DNA of 64,000 bases, from contig JAGWLG010000012.1 in assembly GCA_028864975.1 (NCBI GenBank), forward strand, positions 5,986 to 69,985. Direction: 5' to 3'. Positions within the stretch are counted from its first letter, which is position 1; each line of letters begins with the position of its first letter. The stretch comes from Thermoplasmata archaeon (GTDB taxonomy: Archaea; Thermoplasmatota; Thermoplasmata; Lutacidiplasmatales; UBA184). The translations under genes and the position numbers were made by a program. Positions 9,759-16,768 of the stretch are shown here, one piece after another. The notes below the pieces were generated by a model. The model worked only from the letters and a program-made list of their open reading frames with translations. It was not told the DNA's origin and made no database searches.

Positions 9759-10028
9759 CTAGCTTCCCTCAGATCCCTTCGCAGCCGAGGCCGTTCCGGA
9801 CCCGCCCTGGCTCACGCAGGGCGGGGGTTGGTGCGGGGGGCATGTGGGCCTGTAGCCATTCCCCGTTGGCGGTGAGCCGGTGCCGTTAGGTCCGGGGGGT
9901 GGGGGAGGCGGGGGACAGAAAGGGGGAGAAAGTCCTGTACCGTTGCCATGGATGGATTGTGCCGATGTGCCGTTCCCCTCAGGGGGTGGCAAGGGAGGTG
10001 GACGGCATGGCGGCGGACTCGGCGACAC
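9759..10028 (-). CDS. Questionable Pro-rich, NGT-sequon-rich ORF (GTG start); the frame is open up to 10136 and may be a frameshifted tail of the upstream membrane protein
   Basis: The translation is ..PPPCRPPPLPPPEGNGTSAQSIHGNGTGLSPPFCPPPPPPPGPNGTGSPPTGNGY.. There is no ATG and no signal peptide. My hand-counted GC3 is about 66%, which is lower than in bona fide genes but similar to other Pro-rich tails here. Confidence 0.25.
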   Translation of the reverse strand: MSPSPPPCRPPPLPPPEGNGTSAQSIHGNGTGLSPPFCPPPPPPPGPNGTGSPPTGNGYRPTCPPHQPPPCVSQGGSGTASAAKGSEGS

Positions 10029-10107
10029 GTTTTGCGGGCCGCTCGTCCCATTGGAGGGTGGCGGGGGGGGCGGAGGACAACAAGGAGGAGGAGGAGGCTG
10101 GACGGCA

Positions 10108-10638
10108 TCAGGCTCGCAACCCGGGCAGATGCTCGGCTACGACTTGCTCGAGCCTTCCCTTGCGGTGCAGAACGAGGACGATCGCCAGGACATAGACCCC
10201 AAGGACCCCCGCAGCGATCGCGGCGTACAGCCAGTGCGCCGTGAGGAGTAGGGCGGCCGCGTCCGCATACGCGAGCCCGAGCAGGGTCCCGCTAGCCACT
10301 CGAACGGAGTTCCGCGACTCGTAGTTGCCCAGGGACTGCCGAGTCCAGTCCCCTGCCGCCCACAGCGGAGCCAAGGCCGCGAAGACCTGGACCCGCGGTG
10401 CGAGGGATGGAAAGCCCTGGGAGGACGCGAGGAACCACAGCCCCGCGAACAACAGCAGGCCTAGGGCCGCGCCGAAGCATCGTGCGCAGAGACGTACCGA
10501 ACACGAGGTCCCTGGTACGCAGAGGGTCCGCGGGTATCGTTCAGGGCGGTGATGGGAGAGGATGAAGCCGATCCCCGCAGGGCGTGGGGCAAGGTCGTTC
10601 GCGGTGGAGGGGGAGGACCTGCGAGCGCCCACGATCAT
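10108..10638 (-). CDS. Small polytopic membrane protein, unknown function
   Basis: 176-aa ORF with about four hydrophobic helices (FGAALGLLLFAGLWFLA, VFAALAPLWAA, GTLLGLAYADAAALLLTAHWLYAAI, GVLGVYVLAIVLVL). The true start may lie internal to the ORF. Confidence 0.6.
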   Translation of the reverse strand: MIVGARRSSPSTANDLAPRPAGIGFILSHHRPERYPRTLCVPGTSCSVRLCARCFGAALGLLLFAGLWFLASSQGFPSLAPRVQVFAALAPLWAAGDWTRQSLGNYESRNSVRVASGTLLGLAYADAAALLLTAHWLYAAIAAGVLGVYVLAIVLVLHRKGRLEQVVAEHLPGLRA

Positions 10639-10670
10639 GCGTACCCCGCGGGGAAGACCGAGCTGCGCCC

Positions 10671-10679
10671 TTGAAATAG
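10671..10679 (+). promoter_or_regulatory. TATA-like box upstream of the DUF835 gene
   Basis: ttgaaatag is centred about 27 bp upstream of the GTG start at 10702. A near-identical ttgaatag sits at the same distance before the giant gene (19751). Confidence 0.4.
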
Positions 10680-10701
10680 GCCTTCGGGGCTACGCGACCC
10701 C

Positions 10702-11628
10702 GTGGGCTACGGTGCGCCGCCATCCCCTCCACCGACGGTGGCCGCGCTCCCGGTCGTCCCTGTCGAGTACAAACGGAAGTACTCGCTCGCGCTCTTGATC
10801 ATCCTCATCATCCTCTGCTTGCCTGTCGCCCTCATCTACTACTTCACTCGGGAGAAGGTACCGGTCCAAACCCTCGGCGCCGCGCCCGTCGCGGTCTACG
10901 TGGGGCCCCCGCAGGCAGCTCCGCCCCCGGCCTATGGCGCCCCCCTAGTCCCTCCTCCGACGGCCCCCACTCCCCTACCCCCCACAACGCCACCCGCGAC
11001 GACGCTCCCACCGGCACCTCCGCCGCCCGTCCCGCCTCCTCCAGGATCGCCCTTGCCCTCCTCTCCTCCTCCCCCTCCTCCGGGACCTGCACCGGGGTTT
11101 GGTTCACGGCCGAATGTCGCGGCGACCGCGCGACCCGTGCCCCCGTCAGGGACCTCAGGGCTGCCTCCGTGGCCGCTGACTCCCCTCACCACCGTGGAGA
11201 CCTCGGACCCCTCCAAGGTGTACGCCATGGCGAGCTCGTCGGGACTCGAGCGCGAACGGATGCTGGTCATCGCCCCCGACGCCGGCGGCGCGCTCGCGGG
11301 GACCTACGCGCTCGTCGGCGCGACGATGTGGCGCCTCACCCGGAGCGAGGGGGAGAGCTACATCTCTCCCGCGGACCCGGATCGATTGGGCGACCTCATG
11401 GTCCGCCACCTCGAGAAGACGAGCGGCCGCGCGGTCGTCCTGGTGGGGCTCGAGAAGGTCGTGGACGCCTGCGGACTGAAGGTCGCCATGCGGCTCCTCG
11501 AGGTCGCCCGCGAGACCGCCGAGACGAACAAGGGGACGGTACTGGTCGCCCTCAACACCGGGATCCTGAAGGAGGGCGATGTCCGTCAGCTCGAAGAGTT
11601 CTCTACCGTGGTGAAGGTCAAGGGGTAG
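10702..11628 (+). CDS. Membrane-anchored DUF835-domain protein with a Pro-rich linker
   Basis: 308 aa. It has an N-terminal TM helix (LALLIILIILCLPVALIYYF) and a ~110-aa Pro-rich spacer. The C-terminal ~130 aa (MWRLTRSEGESYISPADPDRLGDLMVRHLEKTSGRAVVLVGLEKVVDACGLKVAMRLLEVARETAETNKGTVLVALNTGIL) follows the DUF835 pattern (W-LT..ISP..L..L....vvL-GLE-L......l..l.....). Confidence 0.7.
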   Translation: MGYGAPPSPPPTVAALPVVPVEYKRKYSLALLIILIILCLPVALIYYFTREKVPVQTLGAAPVAVYVGPPQAAPPPAYGAPLVPPPTAPTPLPPTTPPATTLPPAPPPPVPPPPGSPLPSSPPPPPPGPAPGFGSRPNVAATARPVPPSGTSGLPPWPLTPLTTVETSDPSKVYAMASSSGLERERMLVIAPDAGGALAGTYALVGATMWRLTRSEGESYISPADPDRLGDLMVRHLEKTSGRAVVLVGLEKVVDACGLKVAMRLLEVARETAETNKGTVLVALNTGILKEGDVRQLEEFSTVVKVKG

Positions 11629-11654
11629 TCGGCGCGTCCCCTTGGACTCGTCCT

Positions 11655-12824
11655 TCAGAACTTTCGTCCTAGTTCGGTCCCGAGCACGTTGAGGAGCTTC
11701 TCCCCGTGCTCCGGCTTCCACGATGAGCGATAGACCGGCGGAAGCTCTCCCCAACTTCTGGGGGGTTCGTCGCCCGTCGTCCTCTCGAACTCTTCTTGCC
11801 AGGGGATGGGCGTCGCTTCGGCGGGGTTGGTCCCGACCTTGCGGCCGGAGAGGATGCCGGCGGCACGGGCGAGGGTTCGTGAGACGCTCGAAGCGAGATA
11901 CCCCCCACCTCCCGTCTCCAAGAGCCGACCCTGGCAAAGCTCGTGGGCGAGCTCGTGCAGAGTGCCCACCGCGTGGTCGTACGTGCGCGGAGTATACTGC
12001 AGATGGGCGAGCGGGTCGCCCGCATGGGCATCCACCCCGGTCTGGAGGACGACGAGCTCGGGCTTGAAGTCGCGGAGGAGCGGAGGGACGATCTTGTCGA
12101 AGATCGGCAGTACCGCGTCGTCGCCGGCGGTGGGGGGGAGCGGAACGTTGACCTTGAGCCCCTTGCCGTCCCCCTTCCCGGTCTCGTTCGTGAACCCCGT
12201 GCCGGGGAAGAGCGTGCGGCCGTCCTGATGGAAGTCGATGTCGAGGACCCTACCATCCTCGTAGAACCCGTACATCACGCCATCGCCGTGGTGCGCGTCG
12301 ATGTCCACGTACGCCACGCGTCGGAGAGGATGTGGACCCTCCAAGGCCGTGGCGATCGCGAGGGCCACATCATCGTAGATGCAGAACCCGCTGGCGCGGC
12401 CGGGACGTGCGTGGTGGAGCCCGCCCGCCGGGTTCAGCGCGTGGCTCCCCGGATGTGCGAGGACATCTTCCAGTCCGACCAGGGTACCCCGAGCGATCCG
12501 GGCCGCGGCCTCGTGGCAACCCGGGAAGCCTGGAGTGTCGCCCGCGTCCAGGGCGGAGGGATGCCGGCTGCGTCCGACGTTCCGCACGAGCTCCAAGTAC
12601 GAAGGTTCGTGAAAGCGGAGCAGCTCGGGGTCGCTCGCCACTTGGACCTTCTCCACCCGCCCTGGAGTGAGGGGAGGTGGAGAGCGGAAGAATCCACTCT
12701 CCTCCAACAACCGGACGCTGAGGTAGCGGCTCTTCTCCGTGAACGGGTGGGAGGGTCCAAAGTCGTACTCCAGGAACCGAGGGTCCCAGATGACGGAGAG
12801 CGGACATCGGTCGGGGAGCGGCAT
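11655..12824 (-). CDS. Histone deacetylase / acetoin-utilisation (AcuC) family deacetylase
   Basis: This is the 389-aa C-terminal part of ORF 11655..13076, starting MPLPDRCPLSVIWDP. It contains GGLHHARPGRASGFCIYDDVALA and VDIDAHHGDGV, the Zn/active-site motifs of the family. Upstream of 12824 the ORF overlaps dcd. Confidence 0.9.
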   Translation of the reverse strand: MPLPDRCPLSVIWDPRFLEYDFGPSHPFTEKSRYLSVRLLEESGFFRSPPPLTPGRVEKVQVASDPELLRFHEPSYLELVRNVGRSRHPSALDAGDTPGFPGCHEAAARIARGTLVGLEDVLAHPGSHALNPAGGLHHARPGRASGFCIYDDVALAIATALEGPHPLRRVAYVDIDAHHGDGVMYGFYEDGRVLDIDFHQDGRTLFPGTGFTNETGKGDGKGLKVNVPLPPTAGDDAVLPIFDKIVPPLLRDFKPELVVLQTGVDAHAGDPLAHLQYTPRTYDHAVGTLHELAHELCQGRLLETGGGGYLASSVSRTLARAAGILSGRKVGTNPAEATPIPWQEEFERTTGDEPPRSWGELPPVYRSSWKPEHGEKLLNVLGTELGRKF

Positions 12825-12880
12825 CCGAACGGAAAGCCCAAGGGGCGAGTTGAGGCTTTGCTGGAGGGCCTCGAGGAAGT

Positions 12881-13429
12881 CTATCGGCCCCTCTTGCGGA
12901 AGTTGAGGTACATCCTCGACGGCACGGGGCGGTTCGAGATCTTCCGGTACTTCGCGCTCTTCTTGCGTGCGTAGTCCACGTCGACCTTGCCGCTGACCTC
13001 GAAGTAGATGAGCTGGCCGATGGGCATCCCGGAGTAGATCCGCACCGGGACCTTGGCGGAGATCTCCAGCGTCCAATAGTTGCAGTAGCCGACGTCGCCC
13101 TTGCCCGCCGTGGAATGGATATCGATCCCCAGCCTCCCGACGCTCGACTTCCCTTCCAGGAAGGGCACGTGACGATGGGTCTCCGTGTACTCCCGTGTGA
13201 CCGCGAGGTAGAGCTGGTTCGGCATGAGAACGAACCCGGTCTTAGGGATGCGGAAGGTGTGGATGGGCGTCGGTTTCTTGACGTCGAGCTCGGGACGACT
13301 GTACGTCGCAAGCCACGGTCCGAGATGGACGTCGTACGAGTTCGTCCCCAGGCAATCTTCTCGGTAGGGGCGGATGACGATCGACCCCTTGCGCATCTCC
13401 TCGCGGATCTGCGCGTCGGTCAGGATCAC
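12881..13429 (-). CDS. dcd: dCTP deaminase (dUTPase superfamily)
   Basis: 182 aa: MILTDAQIREEM..IVIRPY..NSYDVHLG..EGKSSVGRLGIDIH..AGKGDVGYCNYWTLEI. This is the typical Dcd pattern. Confidence 0.9.
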   Translation of the reverse strand: MILTDAQIREEMRKGSIVIRPYREDCLGTNSYDVHLGPWLATYSRPELDVKKPTPIHTFRIPKTGFVLMPNQLYLAVTREYTETHRHVPFLEGKSSVGRLGIDIHSTAGKGDVGYCNYWTLEISAKVPVRIYSGMPIGQLIYFEVSGKVDVDYARKKSAKYRKISNRPVPSRMYLNFRKRGR

Positions 13430-14022
13430 GGTGCGTCCTCGCGCGCGCGCACAGAGGCGTGGTATTTAGGTTCCTTTGTTCGCGCGGACCGGGCCGACCG
13501 CACAGGTCCGTGGAGGAGCGCCATGATGCGAGCCGGGGGGAGCGCGGCGTCAAGGACGGTGAACCCCGCCCTCCGCGCTTGGAGCTCCCAGGGGCGCAGG
13601 GTGCGGAACACCTGCCGGCGTTGAGGCTCGCTCTTCCCGAAGTCGTTGCCCTTTCGAGCATTCAGGCGGCGCCGGATCAAGGAGGGGCTCGCTCTCAGGT
13701 AGTAGCACCTGGCGAAGAGCGGAAGGAAGGAGTACATGTTGTCCGCGTGGCCAAAGAGGTAGACCCCCTCTTTCCCCGAGAGCAGCTTGCGCAGACGGGG
13801 AGCGTCCCACACCCACTGCAACCCCTCCCATCGGTGCCATTCGTCCTTGGTGAGGGTCCGCCGCCGACCAGAGAGGTCCACGACGTGCGAGAGGTCGGGG
13901 ACATCGTCGGCGTCGAAGGCGTTGAGCCCGCATTCTCGAAAGTACCGGGCGAGGTGACTCTTCCCCGCCCCGGCAGGACCGGAGATGAGGACAGAAGCCC
14001 CGCGGCCCGGACCTCGGCGCAT
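13426..14022 (-). CDS. P-loop NTPase, nucleoside/nucleotide-kinase-like, function unknown
   Basis: 198 aa with a Walker A motif (ISGPAGAGKSHLA). Its stop overlaps the dcd start by 4 nt (ATGA), which implies co-translation with dcd. Confidence 0.7.
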   Translation of the reverse strand: MRRGPGRGASVLISGPAGAGKSHLARYFRECGLNAFDADDVPDLSHVVDLSGRRRTLTKDEWHRWEGLQWVWDAPRLRKLLSGKEGVYLFGHADNMYSFLPLFARCYYLRASPSLIRRRLNARKGNDFGKSEPQRRQVFRTLRPWELQARRAGFTVLDAALPPARIMALLHGPVRSARSARTKEPKYHASVRAREDAP

Positions 14023-14050
14023 CGAAGGGCCGAGGGGCCGCGCGGCATTA

Positions 14051-14060
14051 CCTTAAAGAG
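14051..14060. promoter_or_regulatory. A/T-rich box in the divergent 74-bp spacer (possible bidirectional TATA element)
   Basis: ccttaaagag lies about 30 bp from the minus-strand start at 14022 and about 40 bp from the plus-strand ATG at 14097. Confidence 0.3.
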
Positions 14061-14096
14061 CCCTGCGACGCTCCGCCATGCGAAGGGCTCTCTTAG

Positions 14097-15293
14097 ATGC
14101 AGGGCGCGGCCGGTCCAGGTGGTGGGCCCTCCGGCGACAAGCCTCAGCTCTTCAAGCCTGAGCATAAGGAAGAGATCGAGGAGAAGGAAGGGCCCTACGT
14201 CCATCTCCCGCGGCACGGTGCCGCGTGGATGCTCGTGATCGGGGCGCTCATGATGTTCATCTCCCTGGTCGCCCCCTGGTGGTCGTGGAGCATGAGCTCC
14301 ACCTCGCAGAGCTCAGGGCTGTACCTGTTCGTCTGGGGGGTCGCCTGCTTCGGCTATTCCTGCGCCGGGTACTCCTCGACTCCCCTCAACGCCCCCACCA
14401 ACCCCACGATGCAGGCGGGGAACTTCCTGCCAAACCTCGGGGTCCTCTACGGTACCGTGGCGACGATGGCCATCATTGCTGCCATCTTCGCCCTGGTCGC
14501 CGCGGCAATGATCTTCCGTGTCGCGCGCGGCTACTCCACCTACCCGAAGGCGATCGACCGTGCGGTCCTGCTCTCCTATCTGGCCGTCGCGATCTCGCTA
14601 TCCACCCCCGTGATGCTCGCGGTCGCGCAAACCTCCTCGTTCCACGCCGATTACTCGTTCCCCAACGCCATGAACCCGAACCCGGGGAACTCGTTCTACG
14701 GAAGCTCAGGACCTGCGACCTACGGCGGCATCCAGTACACGACGATGCAGTGGGGTCCCTCCTGGGGCTGGTTCCTCTCGATCTTCGGCGGGGTCTTCTT
14801 CTTCTCAGGAGGGTTCGTTCCTCACCTGACGCGGCACGAGGCCGTGACCCGGGTGGACCTCATCCGGCAAGGGCTTCTCAAGATCCGCGCGCCGCTCCGC
14901 CGCGTCCTCCCTCCCCCCATGCGGACCCCCGGTCTCCCCGCCCCGATGGCCGTCGGGGCCCCTGGCCGTGTCCTGCCGCCCCCGATGCGTCCAGGCATGC
15001 CTTCGGGCTACGGGTACCCGGGCTACCAGTCCCTCTCTCCAGGGGTCGGCTGGGCCCGCGCCCCTCCACCGGCGATGGCCCCGGGGTATCGCCCGGCCGC
15101 GCTTCCCCCTCCCGCACGGCCCGTCCCTCCTCCTGCCCCCGTCTCGACCGCGAACGCTCCGGGCTTTGTAGGGCGAGCTGCGGTCGCTCCTCGCGTCGCG
15201 CCCAGCTCAGGTCCTGCGCGGGTCTGCCCCAAATGCTTGATCCAGGTGCCCCCTCCCGCAGCTCGCTGCACCAAGTGCGGGTCGTGGCTCTGA
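14097..15293 (+). CDS. Polytopic membrane protein with a Pro-rich cytoplasmic tail and a C-terminal zinc ribbon
   Basis: 398 aa with about four TM helices (WMLVIGALMMFISLV, VATMAIIAAIFALVAAAMIF, AVLLSYLAVAISLSTPVMLAV, WGWFLSIFGGVFFFSGGF). A ~130-aa Pro/Gly/Tyr-rich segment follows. The protein ends CPKCLIQVPPPAARCTKCGSWL. Confidence 0.75.
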   Translation: MQGAAGPGGGPSGDKPQLFKPEHKEEIEEKEGPYVHLPRHGAAWMLVIGALMMFISLVAPWWSWSMSSTSQSSGLYLFVWGVACFGYSCAGYSSTPLNAPTNPTMQAGNFLPNLGVLYGTVATMAIIAAIFALVAAAMIFRVARGYSTYPKAIDRAVLLSYLAVAISLSTPVMLAVAQTSSFHADYSFPNAMNPNPGNSFYGSSGPATYGGIQYTTMQWGPSWGWFLSIFGGVFFFSGGFVPHLTRHEAVTRVDLIRQGLLKIRAPLRRVLPPPMRTPGLPAPMAVGAPGRVLPPPMRPGMPSGYGYPGYQSLSPGVGWARAPPPAMAPGYRPAALPPPARPVPPPAPVSTANAPGFVGRAAVAPRVAPSSGPARVCPKCLIQVPPPAARCTKCGSWL

Positions 15294-15318
15294 ACAGCGC
15301 CTCCGAGGGCCGGCGCGT

Positions 15319-16215
15319 TCAGCCGGACCGTGAGATCGCGATCGAAGCGTACCCGACGACCTGGTCCATCGGCTCCGCGTCCCCGCTGTGCCCTTTCGCC
15401 AGAAGCTCGGCCTTGGCATGGGACCCCTGCAAGGCACAGAGAAGCGCGGTGGTCGGAGCGATCCCGCACATCGAGATGTCCTCCTGCACGACGCGATCAT
15501 AGAGTGCCCTAGGGTCCATCCGCAGGATCGGCTCGAGAGCCCGGTCGTCCTGTCGGCGACAGACCTCGGGGGAGACGTAGTGAGAAAAGTCGGTCGACGC
15601 GAGCCACAGGACGTCCCGGTCGCCCACGACCTTCCGCAGGTGCGCGCCCAGCTCGGCGAGGAGGTCGAAGTGGGTGAACGTAACCTGCAAGGCGATCATT
15701 CGGAAACCTCCCGTGGGATAGACCGTCTGCAGGAACGGCAGTTCCACCTCGATCGAGTGCTCTCGCAGGTGGGCATCGGCGTCGAGATCCACGGGACCGC
15801 GGCCGATGGCCCCTGCGAGGTCCCGGTCCGTCGGGACCACACCCAGAGGAGTGCTCCACTCCTCGTCCGAGACCGAGAAGAGCGAGCCCCTCCCATGGTG
15901 GTTCACGCCCAAGAGGAGGACCGTGCTCGGGACCGGCTCCTTGGCGAGCCGAGAGAAGAGATGCGCGGCGATGGGCCCAGAATAGATGTAGCCGGCATGA
16001 GGCACGATGCCCGCGAGGGTACGACGAGGGCCCGTGCTCCCCGGAGCGGGGACAGGGAGCCGACCGGGACCTCGCTTCCCCGAGAAGCACTCCTCCAATG
16101 ACGCGCGGAGCGAGCGTGCGTCGCGCGGGTAGAATCCTCCGGCCACCGCAGGGACACGGACCCGTGAGGGGCGCGTGGGTCGGACGTCGGCGGCGGCGTC
16201 CTTGAGGTCGCTCAT
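15319..16215 (-). CDS. MEMO1-family protein (AmmeMemoRadiSam system protein B)
   Basis: 298 aa: PAVAGGFYP..IVPHAGYIYSG..LLGVNHHG..EHSIEVELPFLQ..STDFSHY. This is the characteristic Memo/UPF0103 motif series. Confidence 0.85.
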   Translation of the reverse strand: MSDLKDAAADVRPTRPSRVRVPAVAGGFYPRDARSLRASLEECFSGKRGPGRLPVPAPGSTGPRRTLAGIVPHAGYIYSGPIAAHLFSRLAKEPVPSTVLLLGVNHHGRGSLFSVSDEEWSTPLGVVPTDRDLAGAIGRGPVDLDADAHLREHSIEVELPFLQTVYPTGGFRMIALQVTFTHFDLLAELGAHLRKVVGDRDVLWLASTDFSHYVSPEVCRRQDDRALEPILRMDPRALYDRVVQEDISMCGIAPTTALLCALQGSHAKAELLAKGHSGDAEPMDQVVGYASIAISRSG

Positions 16216-16227
16216 GTCCCCTAGCTC

Positions 16228-16647
16228 CTACGCTCGAGAGAGCAACCCATGGACCTCTTTCCCTTCCTCGTCCGAAATGCCCCGCCGCTGTCGGGGGAAG
16301 GTCGGCTGGTCCTCGTACCGTGGGATCACATGGAAGTGCAGATGGAAGACGATCTGTCCGGCGAGGGCCCCCTGGTTGACGCCAACATTGTAGTGACGGC
16401 TCAGCCGCTCGACCCGACGGCAGACCTCGGAGAGGGTGCTCAAGAGAGGCGTATACTGCTCGCGCGGGAGCTCCGTCAAGCGGTCGACGTGGCCTTTGGG
16501 GACGACGAGGGTATGCCCCCGGCTCAGCGGGAACTTGTCGAGGAAGGCGATCGTGCCCTCATCCTCGTAAACGATCCGTGCCGGGGCCTCGTGACGTGCG
16601 ATGGAACAGAAGATGCAGGGTCCTGCCGGGGAGGCTTCCGGAGGCAT
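16228..16647 (-). CDS. HIT-family nucleotide hydrolase/transferase
   Basis: This is the 139-aa C-terminal part of ORF 16228..16929 (MPPEASPAGPCIFCSIARHE..). The histidine triad reads VFHLHFHVIPR. It ends 12 bp upstream of the MEMO gene on the same strand. Confidence 0.88.
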   Translation of the reverse strand: MPPEASPAGPCIFCSIARHEAPARIVYEDEGTIAFLDKFPLSRGHTLVVPKGHVDRLTELPREQYTPLLSTLSEVCRRVERLSRHYNVGVNQGALAGQIVFHLHFHVIPRYEDQPTFPRQRRGISDEEGKEVHGLLSRA

Positions 16648-16768
16648 CGGAAGCTCTGGACGCGGCTTTCCTGAAAGAGCCTTCCCTTCTGGCGAGAGGT
16701 CGCGGGTCCAAAGCTCGCCCACGCAAGGGGACGGACACAGCCTTATCTTCGATAGGACGGATGATACG

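Noticed and set aside
9880-10251. The plus-strand Gly-rich ORF (MPLGPGGGGGGGQKGG..), and ORFs 9899..10195 and 9948..10244.
   Set aside because: The poly-Gly translation is simply the complement of the Pro-rich minus frame. The 3' portion also runs antisense through the 10108-10638 membrane-protein gene.
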